From: a virus
UHGV virus genome: UHGV-0183838
Reading direction: 5' to 3' (one strand)
Length of the DNA: 29,982 bases
Within the stretch, counting starts at the first letter, position 1; each line of letters starts with the position of its first letter. The notes beneath the pieces are model-generated. The model did no database searches and was not told the origin of the DNA. It worked only from the letters and a program-made list of their open reading frames with translations. Shown here piece after piece: positions 8,514 through 16,719 of the stretch. The position numbers were made by a program, and so were the translations under genes.

Positions 8514-8610
8514 GCGTTTATTACATTTCTTTATTGCGCGTTAAGCAAATCAACTTGCGCAAAATATTTGCGTGAAATAATATGCTCATCACGCAATATG
8601 TGGAGGTCAT
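8514..8610. promoter_or_regulatory. Immunity control region (oR-like operators, divergent pRM-like/pR-like promoters)
   Basis: Repeated TTGCG-containing sites: TTGCGCGTTAAGCAA at 8534-8548, palindromic TTGCGCAA at 8555-8562, inverted pair TTGCGTGA (8569-8576) / TCACGCAA (8589-8596); candidate pR -35 TTGCGC, 17-nt spacer, -10 TAATAT at 8578-8583; GGAGG SD before cro. Confidence 0.6.
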
Positions 8611-8871
8611 ATGCAATCACCATTACGGAATGTGCGTAAGGCGCACGGATTTACTTTGCAGCATGTTGCTGCTGGCGTTCAGGTCAATCCAGCGACGCTG
8701 AGTCGTATTGAAAGACTGGAACAAATTCCATCTATCGATCTTGCAGAACGTCTGGCCAATTTTTTTAAGGGTGAAATCAGCGAAATGCAGATTCTTTATC
8801 CGGCACGTTTTCAATCTAGCCAAAACCAGAATGGGTTTAAACCACAGGAACAGGAGGTAAGCCGTGGGTAA
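8611..8871 (+). CDS. cro: Cro-like HTH regulator
   Basis: 86 aa; XRE-type HTH (HVAAGVQVNPATLSRIERLEQ); divergent from cI. Confidence 0.75.
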   Translation: MQSPLRNVRKAHGFTLQHVAAGVQVNPATLSRIERLEQIPSIDLAERLANFFKGEISEMQILYPARFQSSQNQNGFKPQEQEVSRG

Positions 8872-9415
8872 TCATCACTGGAAAGTGGAAAAACAGCCTG
8901 AGTGGTACGTGAAAGCTGTCAGAAAAACTATCGCGGCGTTGCCGGGGGGGTACGCTGAAGCTGCTGAGTGGCTGGATGTAACAGAGAACGCATTATTTAA
9001 CCGCCTTCGTGCCGATGGCGATCAGATTTTCCCGCTGGGATGGGCAATGATTTTACAACGTGCTGGTGGCACTCACTTCATTGCTGACGCTGTGGCGCAG
9101 TCTGCAAATGGCGTCTTTGTGTCTCTTCCTGACGTCGAGGATGTGGACAATGCCGATATTAACCAGCGTTTACTGGAAGTCATTGAACAGATCGGCAGTT
9201 ATTCAAAACAGATTCGTTCGGCAATCGAAGACGGTGTAGTGGAACCGCATGAGAAGACAGCAATTAACGACGAGCTGTACCTCTCAATTTCGAAGCTGCA
9301 GGAGCATGCAGCACTTGTCTACAAAATTTTTTGCGTTTCAGAAAGTAATGACGCCCGCGAGTGTGCAGCTCCGGGCGTCGTGGCGTTTTGTGTCCGTGGA
9401 GAAACTAACGCATGA
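8864..9415 (+). CDS. CII-like / YdaT-like early regulatory protein
   Basis: 183 aa; GTG start at 8864 with AGGAGG 6 nt upstream; sits immediately after cro as in lambdoid phages. Family assignment is by position and weak recollection only. Confidence 0.5.
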   Translation: MGNHHWKVEKQPEWYVKAVRKTIAALPGGYAEAAEWLDVTENALFNRLRADGDQIFPLGWAMILQRAGGTHFIADAVAQSANGVFVSLPDVEDVDNADINQRLLEVIEQIGSYSKQIRSAIEDGVVEPHEKTAINDELYLSISKLQEHAALVYKIFCVSESNDARECAAPGVVAFCVRGETNA

Positions 9416-9750
9416 ACAGTTTAACAACACACTACCGTCGCTCGCAACTGATTGCGCTTCCTGTACCGGGTGGAAAAGCGAAGGTGGAGTATTGCTATGC
9501 AGTAAATGTACCAGGTGACAGGGAAATTGTAACCCACAGCTTTGCTGAGTGGGCTGTGGGGGATTTCAACCGGCAGAAGGAGACAGTCCTTTGCGACAAG
9601 TTAACCGCTGGTTCAAAGATCACTACGGAGTGCCCGTCAGAGTCATTCGTTGGGAGCCGGAAACACAACGGGTTATCTACCTCCGTGAAGGCTATGAGCA
9701 TGAGTGCTTCAGCCCGCTCGAACAGTTTCGTCGTAAATTCAGGGAAATAG
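9412..9750 (+). CDS. Hypothetical protein (N-terminal part plausible; possibly frameshifted relative to the downstream reading frame)
   Basis: ATG overlaps the upstream stop (ATGA coupling). The first ~60 residues look protein-like; the remainder is Ser-rich and looks like off-frame translation. Confidence 0.35.
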   Translation: MNSLTTHYRRSQLIALPVPGGKAKVEYCYAVNVPGDREIVTHSFAEWAVGDFNRQKETVLCDKLTAGSKITTECPSESFVGSRKHNGLSTSVKAMSMSASARSNSFVVNSGK

Positions 9751-9770
9751 AGGTCGGTCATGAGCACTAA
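9591..9770 (+). CDS. Hypothetical small protein (alternative frame overlapping the previous ORF)
   Basis: TTG at 9591 preceded by AAGGAG (9577-9582); translation ([39 protein letters not shown]...) looks protein-like. The track lists this frame from GTG 9549, which has no RBS. Confidence 0.3.
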   Translation: MRQVNRWFKDHYGVPVRVIRWEPETQRVIYLREGYEHECFSPLEQFRRKFREIEVGHEH

Positions 9771-10686
9771 ATTAACCGGCTATGTATGGGATGGTTGCGC
9801 TGCGTCAGGCATGAAATTATCCAGCGTGGCAATTATGGCCCGCCTGGCTGATTTCAGTAATGACGAAGGTGTGTGCTGGCCATCAATTGAAACTATTGCC
9901 CGTCAGATTGGCGCGGGGATGAGTACCGTCAGAACGGCTATCGCACGGCTGGAAGCAGAAGGCTGGTTAACGCGTAAGGCGCGTCGCCAGGGTAACCGCA
10001 ATGCGTCGAATGTTTATCAGCTTAACGTTGCGAAGCTTCAGGCAGCGGCATTTTCTCAACTGTCAGATTCTGACCCGTCAAAATCTGACCCGTCAAAATT
10101 TGATGCGTCGAAATCTGGCAAAAAAGCGGGTTTTCACCCGTCAGAATCTGGCGGGGATCCGTCAGTAAAATCAAAACATGATCCGTCAGATAAAAAACCT
10201 TCTCGTCCGGACGCTTCGCAACCGGACACGCAGACGGCTGAACAGGATTTTTTAACTCGCCATCCTGATGCGGTTGTATTCAGCCCTAAAAAGCGCCAGT
10301 GGGGAACGCAGGATGATTTGACCTGCGCACAGTGGCTCTGGAAAAAAATCATTGCCCTGTACGAGCAGGCCGCCGAATGTGACGGCGAGGTGGTTCGTCC
10401 CAAAGAACCGAACTGGACAGCATGGGCAAACGAAATTCGCCTGATGTGTGTGCAGGATGGTCGTACTCACAAACAAATCTGCGAGATGTACAGCCGCGTC
10501 AGCCGCGATCCGTTCTGGTGCCGTAACGTGCTCAGCCCGTCGAAGTTGCGGGAAAAATGGGATGAGCTTTCCCTGCGCTTATCGCCGTCCGTCAGCACGC
10601 ACACAGAAAAACGTGAAGACCCGTACTTCAAAGCCAGTTACGACAACGTGGACTACAGCCAGATCCCGGCAGGATTCAGGGGGTGA
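9760..10686 (+). CDS. Phage replication initiator (O-like, N-terminal HTH) with origin iterons inside the gene
   Basis: 308 aa; N-terminal HTH region (SSVAIMARLADFSNDEGVCWPSIETIARQIGAGMSTVRTAIARLEAEGW); the central coding region carries direct DNA repeats that translate to SDPSKSDPSKFDASKS...; position after cro/cII. Confidence 0.7.
   Translation: MSTKLTGYVWDGCAASGMKLSSVAIMARLADFSNDEGVCWPSIETIARQIGAGMSTVRTAIARLEAEGWLTRKARRQGNRNASNVYQLNVAKLQAAAFSQLSDSDPSKSDPSKFDASKSGKKAGFHPSESGGDPSVKSKHDPSDKKPSRPDASQPDTQTAEQDFLTRHPDAVVFSPKKRQWGTQDDLTCAQWLWKKIIALYEQAAECDGEVVRPKEPNWTAWANEIRLMCVQDGRTHKQICEMYSRVSRDPFWCRNVLSPSKLREKWDELSLRLSPSVSTHTEKREDPYFKASYDNVDYSQIPAGFRG
10058..10200. repeat. Iteron-like direct repeats (candidate replication origin)
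   Basis: At least six copies of a CCGTCA(A/G)A-containing unit (GACCCGTCAAAATCT, GACCCGTCAAAATTT, GATGCGTCGAAATCT, CACCCGTCAGAATCT, GATCCGTCAGTAAAATC, GATCCGTCAGATAAAA) spaced 15-25 bp apart, followed by an A-rich stretch. Confidence 0.6.
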
Positions 10687-10688
10687 TC

Positions 10689-11177
10689 ATGAGTCTTTTG
10701 AATGACGTTCAGAAATTCATTGAAGCCCATCCGGGCTGTACTTCCGGAGACATTGCAGATGCTTTTGCTGGTTACTCACGGCAGCGCGTTCTGCAGTCAG
10801 CAAGCAAGTTACGTCAGAGTGGGCGTGTGGCTCACCGTTGTGAAGGAGATACACGCAGACATTTCCCGCGCCTGACTGAGAGAGCGCAGGAGCCGGAACC
10901 ACAATCTGTTCGTGAAACCAGACCTGTGCGCAATTTCTATGTCGGCACTAACGACCCCCGGGTGATTTTGTGCCTGACCCGCCAGGCTGAAGAACTGGAG
11001 TCCAGGGGCTTATTCCGTCGAGCTGCAACGGTGTGGATGGCGGCATTCCGTGAAAGCCACTCCCAGCCAGAACGAAACAATTTTCTGGCGCATCGTGAGC
11101 GGTGCTTACGGAAAAGCAGCAAGCGCGCTGCATCGGGTGAAGAGTGGTATCTGTCAGGGAATTACGTGGGGGCTTAA
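10689..11177 (+). CDS. Hypothetical phage protein, possible regulator (C-terminal region reminiscent of PerC/Pch-type proteins; unverified)
   Basis: 163 aa from ATG 10689; C-terminal segment LESRGLFRRAATVWMAAFRES...ERNNFLAHRERCLRK. The PerC-like resemblance is recalled, not searched. Confidence 0.45.
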   Translation: MSLLNDVQKFIEAHPGCTSGDIADAFAGYSRQRVLQSASKLRQSGRVAHRCEGDTRRHFPRLTERAQEPEPQSVRETRPVRNFYVGTNDPRVILCLTRQAEELESRGLFRRAATVWMAAFRESHSQPERNNFLAHRERCLRKSSKRAASGEEWYLSGNYVGA

Positions 11178-11830
11178 TGAGTAATAAATATTGCCAGGCG
11201 CTGGTGGAGCTGCGGAACAAACCAGCCCATGAACTGAAGGAAGTGGGCGATCAGTGGCGCACGCCGGACAACATTTTCTGGGGAATTAACACCCTGTTTG
11301 GCCCGTTTGTTCTGGATCTGTTTACTGATGGTGATAACGCCAAATGTGCCGCTTATTACACTGCGGAAGACAACGCGCTGGCGCATGACTGGTCAGAACG
11401 TCTTGCGGAGCTTAAAGGTGCTGCCTTTGGTAATCCCCCGTACAGCCGCGCCAGTCAGCATGAGGGGCAATACATCACCGGCATGCGTTACATCATGAAA
11501 CATGCCAGTGCTATGCGTGATAAAGGCGGGCGCTATGTTTTCCTGATCAAAGCTGCCACCAGCGAAGTGTGGTGGCCGGAAGATGCAGACCATATTGCTT
11601 TTATTCGCGGGCGTATTGGTTTTGAACTGCCTGCCTGGTTTATCCCGAAGGATGAGAAGCAGGTGCCGACAGGCGCTTTCTTCGCTGGTGCTATTGCTGT
11701 TTTCGACAAGACCTGGAAGGGACCGGCAATCAGCTACATCGGGCGCGATGAACTTGAGGCATGTGGTGAGGCGTTTCTGGCGCAGGTTCGCCAGCAGGCG
11801 GAAAAACTGGTCAGGGAGATGGCGGCATGA
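11177..11830 (+). CDS. Phage DNA N6-adenine methyltransferase (Dam-type, orphan)
   Basis: 217 aa from ATG 11177 (TAATG overlap with upstream stop); catalytic NPPY motif (AAFGNPPYSRA); no adjacent restriction endonuclease gene. Confidence 0.85.
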   Translation: MSNKYCQALVELRNKPAHELKEVGDQWRTPDNIFWGINTLFGPFVLDLFTDGDNAKCAAYYTAEDNALAHDWSERLAELKGAAFGNPPYSRASQHEGQYITGMRYIMKHASAMRDKGGRYVFLIKAATSEVWWPEDADHIAFIRGRIGFELPAWFIPKDEKQVPTGAFFAGAIAVFDKTWKGPAISYIGRDELEACGEAFLAQVRQQAEKLVREMAA

Positions 11831-12153
11831 CGACGTTAACTCAATGCCAGCAGCAGGTGCTGGATATGCTGATTTCTTATCAGAAAGAACGTGGCTTCCC
11901 GCCAACCAATCAGGAGGTGGCAACCATGCTGGGATACCGTTCAGTGAATGCAGCGGTGGAGCATCTTCGCGCACTGGAGAAAAAAGGCGTCATCACGATA
12001 AAGCGTGGTGTGGCCCGGGGGATCACGCTTCATACCGTGGTGAAGGACGACGACAGCGAGGCGGTCGGGATTATCCGCTCACTGCTTGCCGGTGAGGAAA
12101 ACGCCAGGCTGCGTGCAGCCCATTGGTTACATGAGAGAGGCCTGAAAGTATGA
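11827..12153 (+). CDS. LexA DNA-binding-domain-only protein (no S24 peptidase domain)
   Basis: 108 aa; N-terminal ~70 residues (QQQVLDMLISYQKERGFPPTNQEVATMLGYRSVNAAVEHLRALEKKGVITIKRGVARGITL) closely resemble the LexA N-terminal winged-helix domain; ATGA overlaps at both ends couple it to the methyltransferase and RusA genes. Confidence 0.7.
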   Translation: MTTLTQCQQQVLDMLISYQKERGFPPTNQEVATMLGYRSVNAAVEHLRALEKKGVITIKRGVARGITLHTVVKDDDSEAVGIIRSLLAGEENARLRAAHWLHERGLKV

Positions 12154-12545
12154 AGCTGCTCCTGCCTTTTCCGCCCAGCGTGAACACGTACTGGCGACAC
12201 CCCAACAAAGGGGCGTTTGCTGGTAAGAGCCTGATAAGCGCGGCGGGGCGAAAATTCCAGAGCGCGGCGTGTGCAGCAATAGTTGAGCAGTTACGTCGTC
12301 TGCCGAAACCAACGTCGGCACCTGCTTCAGTGGAGATCGTGTTGTTTCCTCCGGATAACCGGATCCGCGATCTGGACAACTATAACAAGGCGCTGTTTGA
12401 CGCCCTGACCCACGCGGGTGTGTGGGAAGACGACAGTCAGGTGAAAAGAATGCTGGTGGAGTGGGGACCGGTTATCCCGGAGGGGAAGGTCGAGATCACT
12501 ATCAGTAAGTACGAAAAAGCGAGTTGCAAATTAGCAACTCGGTAA
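12150..12545 (+). CDS. rusA: RusA-family Holliday junction resolvase
   Basis: 131 aa with the RusA pattern (FPPSVNTYWRH ... DLDNYNKALFDALT); typical nin-region location. Confidence 0.85.
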   Translation: MKLLLPFPPSVNTYWRHPNKGAFAGKSLISAAGRKFQSAACAAIVEQLRRLPKPTSAPASVEIVLFPPDNRIRDLDNYNKALFDALTHAGVWEDDSQVKRMLVEWGPVIPEGKVEITISKYEKASCKLATR

Positions 12546-12590
12546 CGGAATTGAGCAACACCCTAAATTTGGGTATTACCTCGTTAAAGA

Positions 12591-12610
12591 TACTGTATTT
12601 ATGAACAGTG
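12591..12610. promoter_or_regulatory. Consensus LexA (SOS) box upstream of the KilA-N gene
   Basis: TACTGTATTTATGAACAGTG matches CTGT-N8-ACAG (CTGT at 12593-12596, ACAG at 12605-12608) in the intergenic region about 100 bp upstream of the ATG at 12708. Confidence 0.6.
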
Positions 12611-12707
12611 TATCCTTGATAACTATTAAAAATCGCAGTAAGTTCATCCGGCATCAACGAAAAGGGAGTGCAGTCCCGCTCGTGGATAAAAATTTGTGGA
12701 GAAACCA

Positions 12708-13523
12708 ATGAATCAGTTGCTTGTAATTGATGGCGTTTCTGTGCGCCAGTACTTCGAATCTAACTACTGTCTTAACGACCTTCAGAAAGCTGCTCTTCTT
12801 GCCGCTGGTGAGAATCGCTCCTCCCGTTCGCTGGAAGTTCACGAGTTTATGCGTCGTCCTGAAACGAAGGCTCTTGTGGAATTATTGGAAGAAGAAACTA
12901 CGGGAGATTCCCGTAGTATTCCTGTCATCACCATTCAGGGGCGCAATGGTGGGACGTATGTCTGTAAAGAGCTGGTCTATGCATATGCAATGTGGATCAG
13001 CCCGGCATTCAGCTTAAAAGTGATACGTACTTTTGATGCGCTTCATAATTCATCACCAGAAGAAACCACATCCGACAAAATTAAATCCGGGGTCATTCTG
13101 CTTGAATCAGCAGCAAAGACTCTAAATCTGTCAAACTCCTCGAAACTTGGTGCATACCAGAAATTATCAAAGGTAGCTGGTCTTCCTGAACTTATGCCGA
13201 TCTATGCCATTGATGCACCTGCTGATGCGCCAGATGGTTCAAGCCGCCCTACGCTGTCGCTGAGTGCACTGCTGAAGCAGTATGGTATCCGCCTGACGGC
13301 TAATCAGGCATATCACCAGATGGCGAAGCTGGGGATCGTTGAACAACGCGAACGATACAGCCGTACCGCGATTAACAACATCAAAAAATTCTGGTCGCTG
13401 ACGGCGAAAGGCTGCATGTTCGGCAAGAACATCACCAGTCCTGCAAATCCGCGCGAGACGCAGCCGCATTTCTTCGAATCCCGATTCCCTGAGCTGTTAA
13501 AGCTGCTCGATACCGTTCATTGA
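12708..13523 (+). CDS. KilA-N domain protein, putative SOS-controlled antirepressor
   Basis: 271 aa from ATG 12708; N-terminal KilA-N-like segment (GTYVCKELVYAYAMWISPAFSLKVIRTFD); preceded by a LexA box. Confidence 0.65.
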   Translation: MNQLLVIDGVSVRQYFESNYCLNDLQKAALLAAGENRSSRSLEVHEFMRRPETKALVELLEEETTGDSRSIPVITIQGRNGGTYVCKELVYAYAMWISPAFSLKVIRTFDALHNSSPEETTSDKIKSGVILLESAAKTLNLSNSSKLGAYQKLSKVAGLPELMPIYAIDAPADAPDGSSRPTLSLSALLKQYGIRLTANQAYHQMAKLGIVEQRERYSRTAINNIKKFWSLTAKGCMFGKNITSPANPRETQPHFFESRFPELLKLLDTVH

Positions 13524-13524
13524 G

Positions 13525-14520
13525 GTGACCGTGAGAGCACTACTGACCCCTGAAATTGCCCCGCGTATGGGGATCGTATTGTTCAGACCAGGTTCAGAGC
13601 TGATGCCCCTGTTTATGCAGGGGCGTGTACTGCTGGAGCCTGAGCCGGAACGTTATTCATCTTTCGCCAGTGGTGCCGTTCCCGCGGCATCACAACCGCT
13701 GGCGGATGATCCTGCTGTTCGGGCCGTGTTCCGCAATGAGGCAGTGATCCGTCGTGCTGGTGGCGTGGAATGTCTTGAAAGCTGGTTACTTCGTGAAAAA
13801 GGCTGCCAGTGGCCTCATTCCGACTGGCACAGCGAGAACATGACCACAATGCGACACGCTCCGGGCGCAATCCGTCTGTGCTGGCACTGTGATAACCAGC
13901 TGCGCGATCAGTTCACGGAACGGCTGGAATCAATGGCAACGTATAACTGTGCCCGCTGGGTGTTGTCTGTTGTGCGTCGGGATCTCGGTTTTGATGATAG
14001 TCACGTTGTGACAATGCCGGAACTGTGCTGGTGGCTGATTCGTAATGACCTGGCGGATGCCTTACCGGAAAGTGCAGCCCGTAAGGCACTGAGATTACCA
14101 AAGCCTGTTGTGCCGTCTGTCACCCGGGAAAGTGACCTTGTGCCTTCGGTTCCTGCCACCAGCATCATCCAGGATAAGGCAAAAAAGGTGCTGGCGCTGA
14201 AAGTGGATCCGGAGTCGCCGGAGTCTTTTATGTTACGCCCAAAACGTCGCCGCTGGGTTAATGAAAAGTACACGCGCTGGGTTAAGACACAGCCGTGTGC
14301 ATGTTGTGGAAAGCCTGCTGATGATCCCCACCACCTGATAGGTCACGGTCAGGGTGGAATGGGAACAAAAGCGCATGACCTCTTTGTGTTGCCTTTGTGC
14401 AGAAAGCATCACGACGAGCTGCATGCGGATACCGTGGCATTTGAAGAGAAGTATGGCTCCCAGCTGGAGCTGATATTTCGTTTTATCGATCGTGCGCTGG
14501 CAACAGGCGTACTGGCGTAA
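13525..14520 (+). CDS. DUF968-like phage protein with C-terminal Cys/His (HNH-like) motif
   Basis: 331 aa; C-terminal CACCGK...HHLIGHG...LPLCRKHH; typical nin-region gene. Exact start is uncertain (GTG at 13525 or a downstream codon). Confidence 0.65.
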   Translation: MTVRALLTPEIAPRMGIVLFRPGSELMPLFMQGRVLLEPEPERYSSFASGAVPAASQPLADDPAVRAVFRNEAVIRRAGGVECLESWLLREKGCQWPHSDWHSENMTTMRHAPGAIRLCWHCDNQLRDQFTERLESMATYNCARWVLSVVRRDLGFDDSHVVTMPELCWWLIRNDLADALPESAARKALRLPKPVVPSVTRESDLVPSVPATSIIQDKAKKVLALKVDPESPESFMLRPKRRRWVNEKYTRWVKTQPCACCGKPADDPHHLIGHGQGGMGTKAHDLFVLPLCRKHHDELHADTVAFEEKYGSQLELIFRFIDRALATGVLA

Positions 14521-14533
14521 GTGGAGAACGAGC

Positions 14534-15286
14534 ATGAACCTTGAAGCCTTACCAAAATATTACTCCCCAAAATCTCCAAAATTGAGTGATGACGCACCGG
14601 CGACAGGCTCGGGTGGTTTAACGATTACGGATGTGATGGCTGCGCAGGGGATGGTGCAGTCGAAAGCACCACTGGGTTTTGCCTTATTCTTGGCAAAAGT
14701 TGGTGTTCAGGATCCTCAGTTTGCGATTGAAGGTCTGCTCAATTACGCGATGGCACTGGATAACCCGACATTGAATAAATTGAGTGAAGAAATCCGGTTA
14801 CAGATCATCCCTTACCTTGTGAATTTTGCCTTTGCTGATTATTCCAGGTCTGCGGCAAGTAAGGCTCGCTGTGAGCATTGTGCAGGTACTGGATTTCATA
14901 ATGTATTGCGCGAAGTGGTGAAACACTCCAGAAGCGGGGAATCTGTTATCAAGGAAGAGTGGGTGAAGGAACTATGTCAGCATTGCCATGGTAAGGGAGA
15001 AGTCAGCACAGCGTGCAGAGGGTGTAAGGGTAAAGGTATTGTCCTGGATGAAAAAAGGACCCGGCTTCATGGCGCGCCTGTTTATAAGATTTGTGGGCGT
15101 TGCAATGGAAACCGGTTTAGTCGTTTACCAACGACACTGGCGCGGTGTCATGTCCAGAAGCTGGTACCAGCCCTGACTGATTATCAGTGGTACAAAGGAT
15201 ATGCAGATGTCATTGATAAACTGGTTACAAAGTGCTGGCAGGAAGAAGCATATGCTGAGGTGCAATTAAGAAAAGTGACGAGATAA
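14534..15286 (+). CDS. Late-gene antiterminator Q (QuuQ-like, zinc-finger type)
   Basis: 250 aa from ATG 14534 (GGAGAA RBS); four CxxCxGxG zinc-finger-like repeats; located immediately before a strong promoter plus terminator and the lysis genes. Confidence 0.65.
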   Translation: MNLEALPKYYSPKSPKLSDDAPATGSGGLTITDVMAAQGMVQSKAPLGFALFLAKVGVQDPQFAIEGLLNYAMALDNPTLNKLSEEIRLQIIPYLVNFAFADYSRSAASKARCEHCAGTGFHNVLREVVKHSRSGESVIKEEWVKELCQHCHGKGEVSTACRGCKGKGIVLDEKRTRLHGAPVYKICGRCNGNRFSRLPTTLARCHVQKLVPALTDYQWYKGYADVIDKLVTKCWQEEAYAEVQLRKVTR

Positions 15287-15317
15287 ATGATTTTCGCCGA
15301 AGATGGCGACGTAATGC

Positions 15318-15346
15318 TTGCATTTTTCAAAAAATATGGATAAAAT
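15318..15346 (+). promoter_or_regulatory. Candidate late promoter (pR-prime-like)
   Basis: TTGCAT (15318-15323), 17-nt spacer, TAAAAT (15341-15346), directly downstream of Q. Confidence 0.45.
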
Positions 15347-15393
15347 TTTTTCAACGATGGGCTTTGTATACCCGACGTTAAGAAAAAGTAGAA

Positions 15394-15416
15394 AACCCGC
15401 TGATGAGCGGGTTTTT
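15394..15416 (+). terminator. Rho-independent terminator (tR-prime-like) about 50 nt downstream of the candidate late promoter
   Basis: 8-bp stem AACCCGCT-gatg-AGCGGGTT followed by TTTTT. Confidence 0.55.
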
Positions 15417-15708
15417 GTGCTTTAAATAGGGTAATAGAGATGTTGAATCTCATTTCGGGATTCATGTTTGTTTACTTATTATTTATCGGGTGACTTTGTT
15501 TTCTGCCTGATGTTTAAAATGTTTTCTTCCAGTACAATGTCCCTAGATACAATGAGTCTGCTTATTACATTATTAGCAGAGCTATTACGGTCAAAGTACA
15601 GCATAAGCTTTTAAAGCCAATCAACCAGTCATCAAGACAGACGGGGTTATTCATGAAAACTCTCCATGTTTGATTCGATGGGGCCTGAAATTAAAGCTTT
15701 AATATAGC

Positions 15709-15921
15709 TCATGAAAGGTAAACATTGGCAGCTGAAGGGCCACGCAGACCATTTATCCGGCAAAATTCCACGCGTAATCCGGTGGCAATTTCTTCTGCAT
15801 CGCGGAGATTGAGCGCTGAAACATGAAGCTGGACATCGATACGACCATCGGATGGGGTGATAAGACCCTTGCCGCTTTTGCCGTCAAAGGTTTTGACAAT
15901 TCCTGTCATTTTACGGGACAA
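15709..15921 (-). CDS. Cold-shock-domain protein, CspF/CspH-like
   Basis: 70 aa; [13 protein letters not shown]...[14 protein letters not shown] resembles CspF/CspH; apparent TTG start with AAGGAA upstream. Confidence 0.75.
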   Translation of the reverse strand: MSRKMTGIVKTFDGKSGKGLITPSDGRIDVQLHVSALNLRDAEEIATGLRVEFCRINGLRGPSAANVYLS

Positions 15922-16221
15922 AAAAATTCCTTAATACTGATAACTGGGCGCACTATACACACCTTCCTGAAGAAAGCTATAGTTTTTTGATGGGGTTGAA
16001 GATGGCTGGATGTCTAAAATAAACATTGCTTCATATGTTCAACTATGCGTTAATGATTGCGTCGGTTTGAAGAACAGACGATATACGAAGTAGTTTACTA
16101 AAGCAGTTCTCATTTCAGGTGTTATTCACTTATTCCTTCTTTGAGTCTCTCCAATTAAGTACGAAGTCGTTTCTGTTATACAAGCCATTTATGCCGAAAG
16201 GCTCAAGTTAAGGAATGTAGA

Positions 16222-16437
16222 ATGTCAAATAAAATGACTGGTTTAGTAAAATGGTTTAACGCTGATAAAGGTTTTGGCTTTATTTCTCCTGTTGATGGTA
16301 GTAAAGATGTGTTTGTGCATTTTTCTGCGATTCAGAATGATAATTTTCGAACCTTATTTGAAGGTCAAAAGGTTACCTTCTCTGTAGAGAGTGGTGCTAA
16401 AGGTCCTGCAGCAGCAAATGTCATAATTACTGATTAA
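16222..16437 (+). CDS. cspB: Cold-shock protein CspB-like
   Basis: 71 aa; [53 protein letters not shown]... carries canonical CspA-family motifs; divergent from the CspF/H-like gene. Confidence 0.85.
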   Translation: MSNKMTGLVKWFNADKGFGFISPVDGSKDVFVHFSAIQNDNFRTLFEGQKVTFSVESGAKGPAAANVIITD

Positions 16438-16719
16438 AATTCATAGTTTGTCTGTATACGATAACGAAGAAGGCTGATGCCTGAGTGGAGATACAGACAG
16501 AGTGGTGAATATTGGATCTCTTTAATAAATAGTAAGGAGGTCCAATACATGAAACAATGGCCAGCATATTTGGCAATAACTTAATCAGGAAAAGTATGCT
16601 AACCATTGTGGTGAAGTGCAGGTTTGCTGCATGAATAGTTTTACAGCAGAAGCTAACTGCTGGCATAGCAAAACAAAGTGCGTAAGTGGATGACTCCCAC
16701 AAAAAGCACCACAATATTA

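Noticed and set aside
7958-8544. Three ORFs of 71-119 aa overlapping cI
   Set aside because: All lie within or antisense to the well-supported cI repressor gene.
11393-11974. 193-aa minus-strand ORF
   Set aside because: Antisense to the methyltransferase and LexA-DBD genes, which have strong motif support; Arg/Pro/Ser-rich composition typical of GC-rich antisense frames.
13613-14597. Several 60-100-aa ORFs inside and antisense to the DUF968 gene
   Set aside because: Nested in a longer, better-supported gene; no RBS.
16427-16714. 95-aa minus-strand ORF
   Set aside because: Runs antisense across the cspB 3' region and the structured leader; no RBS; highly hydrophobic, low-complexity translation.
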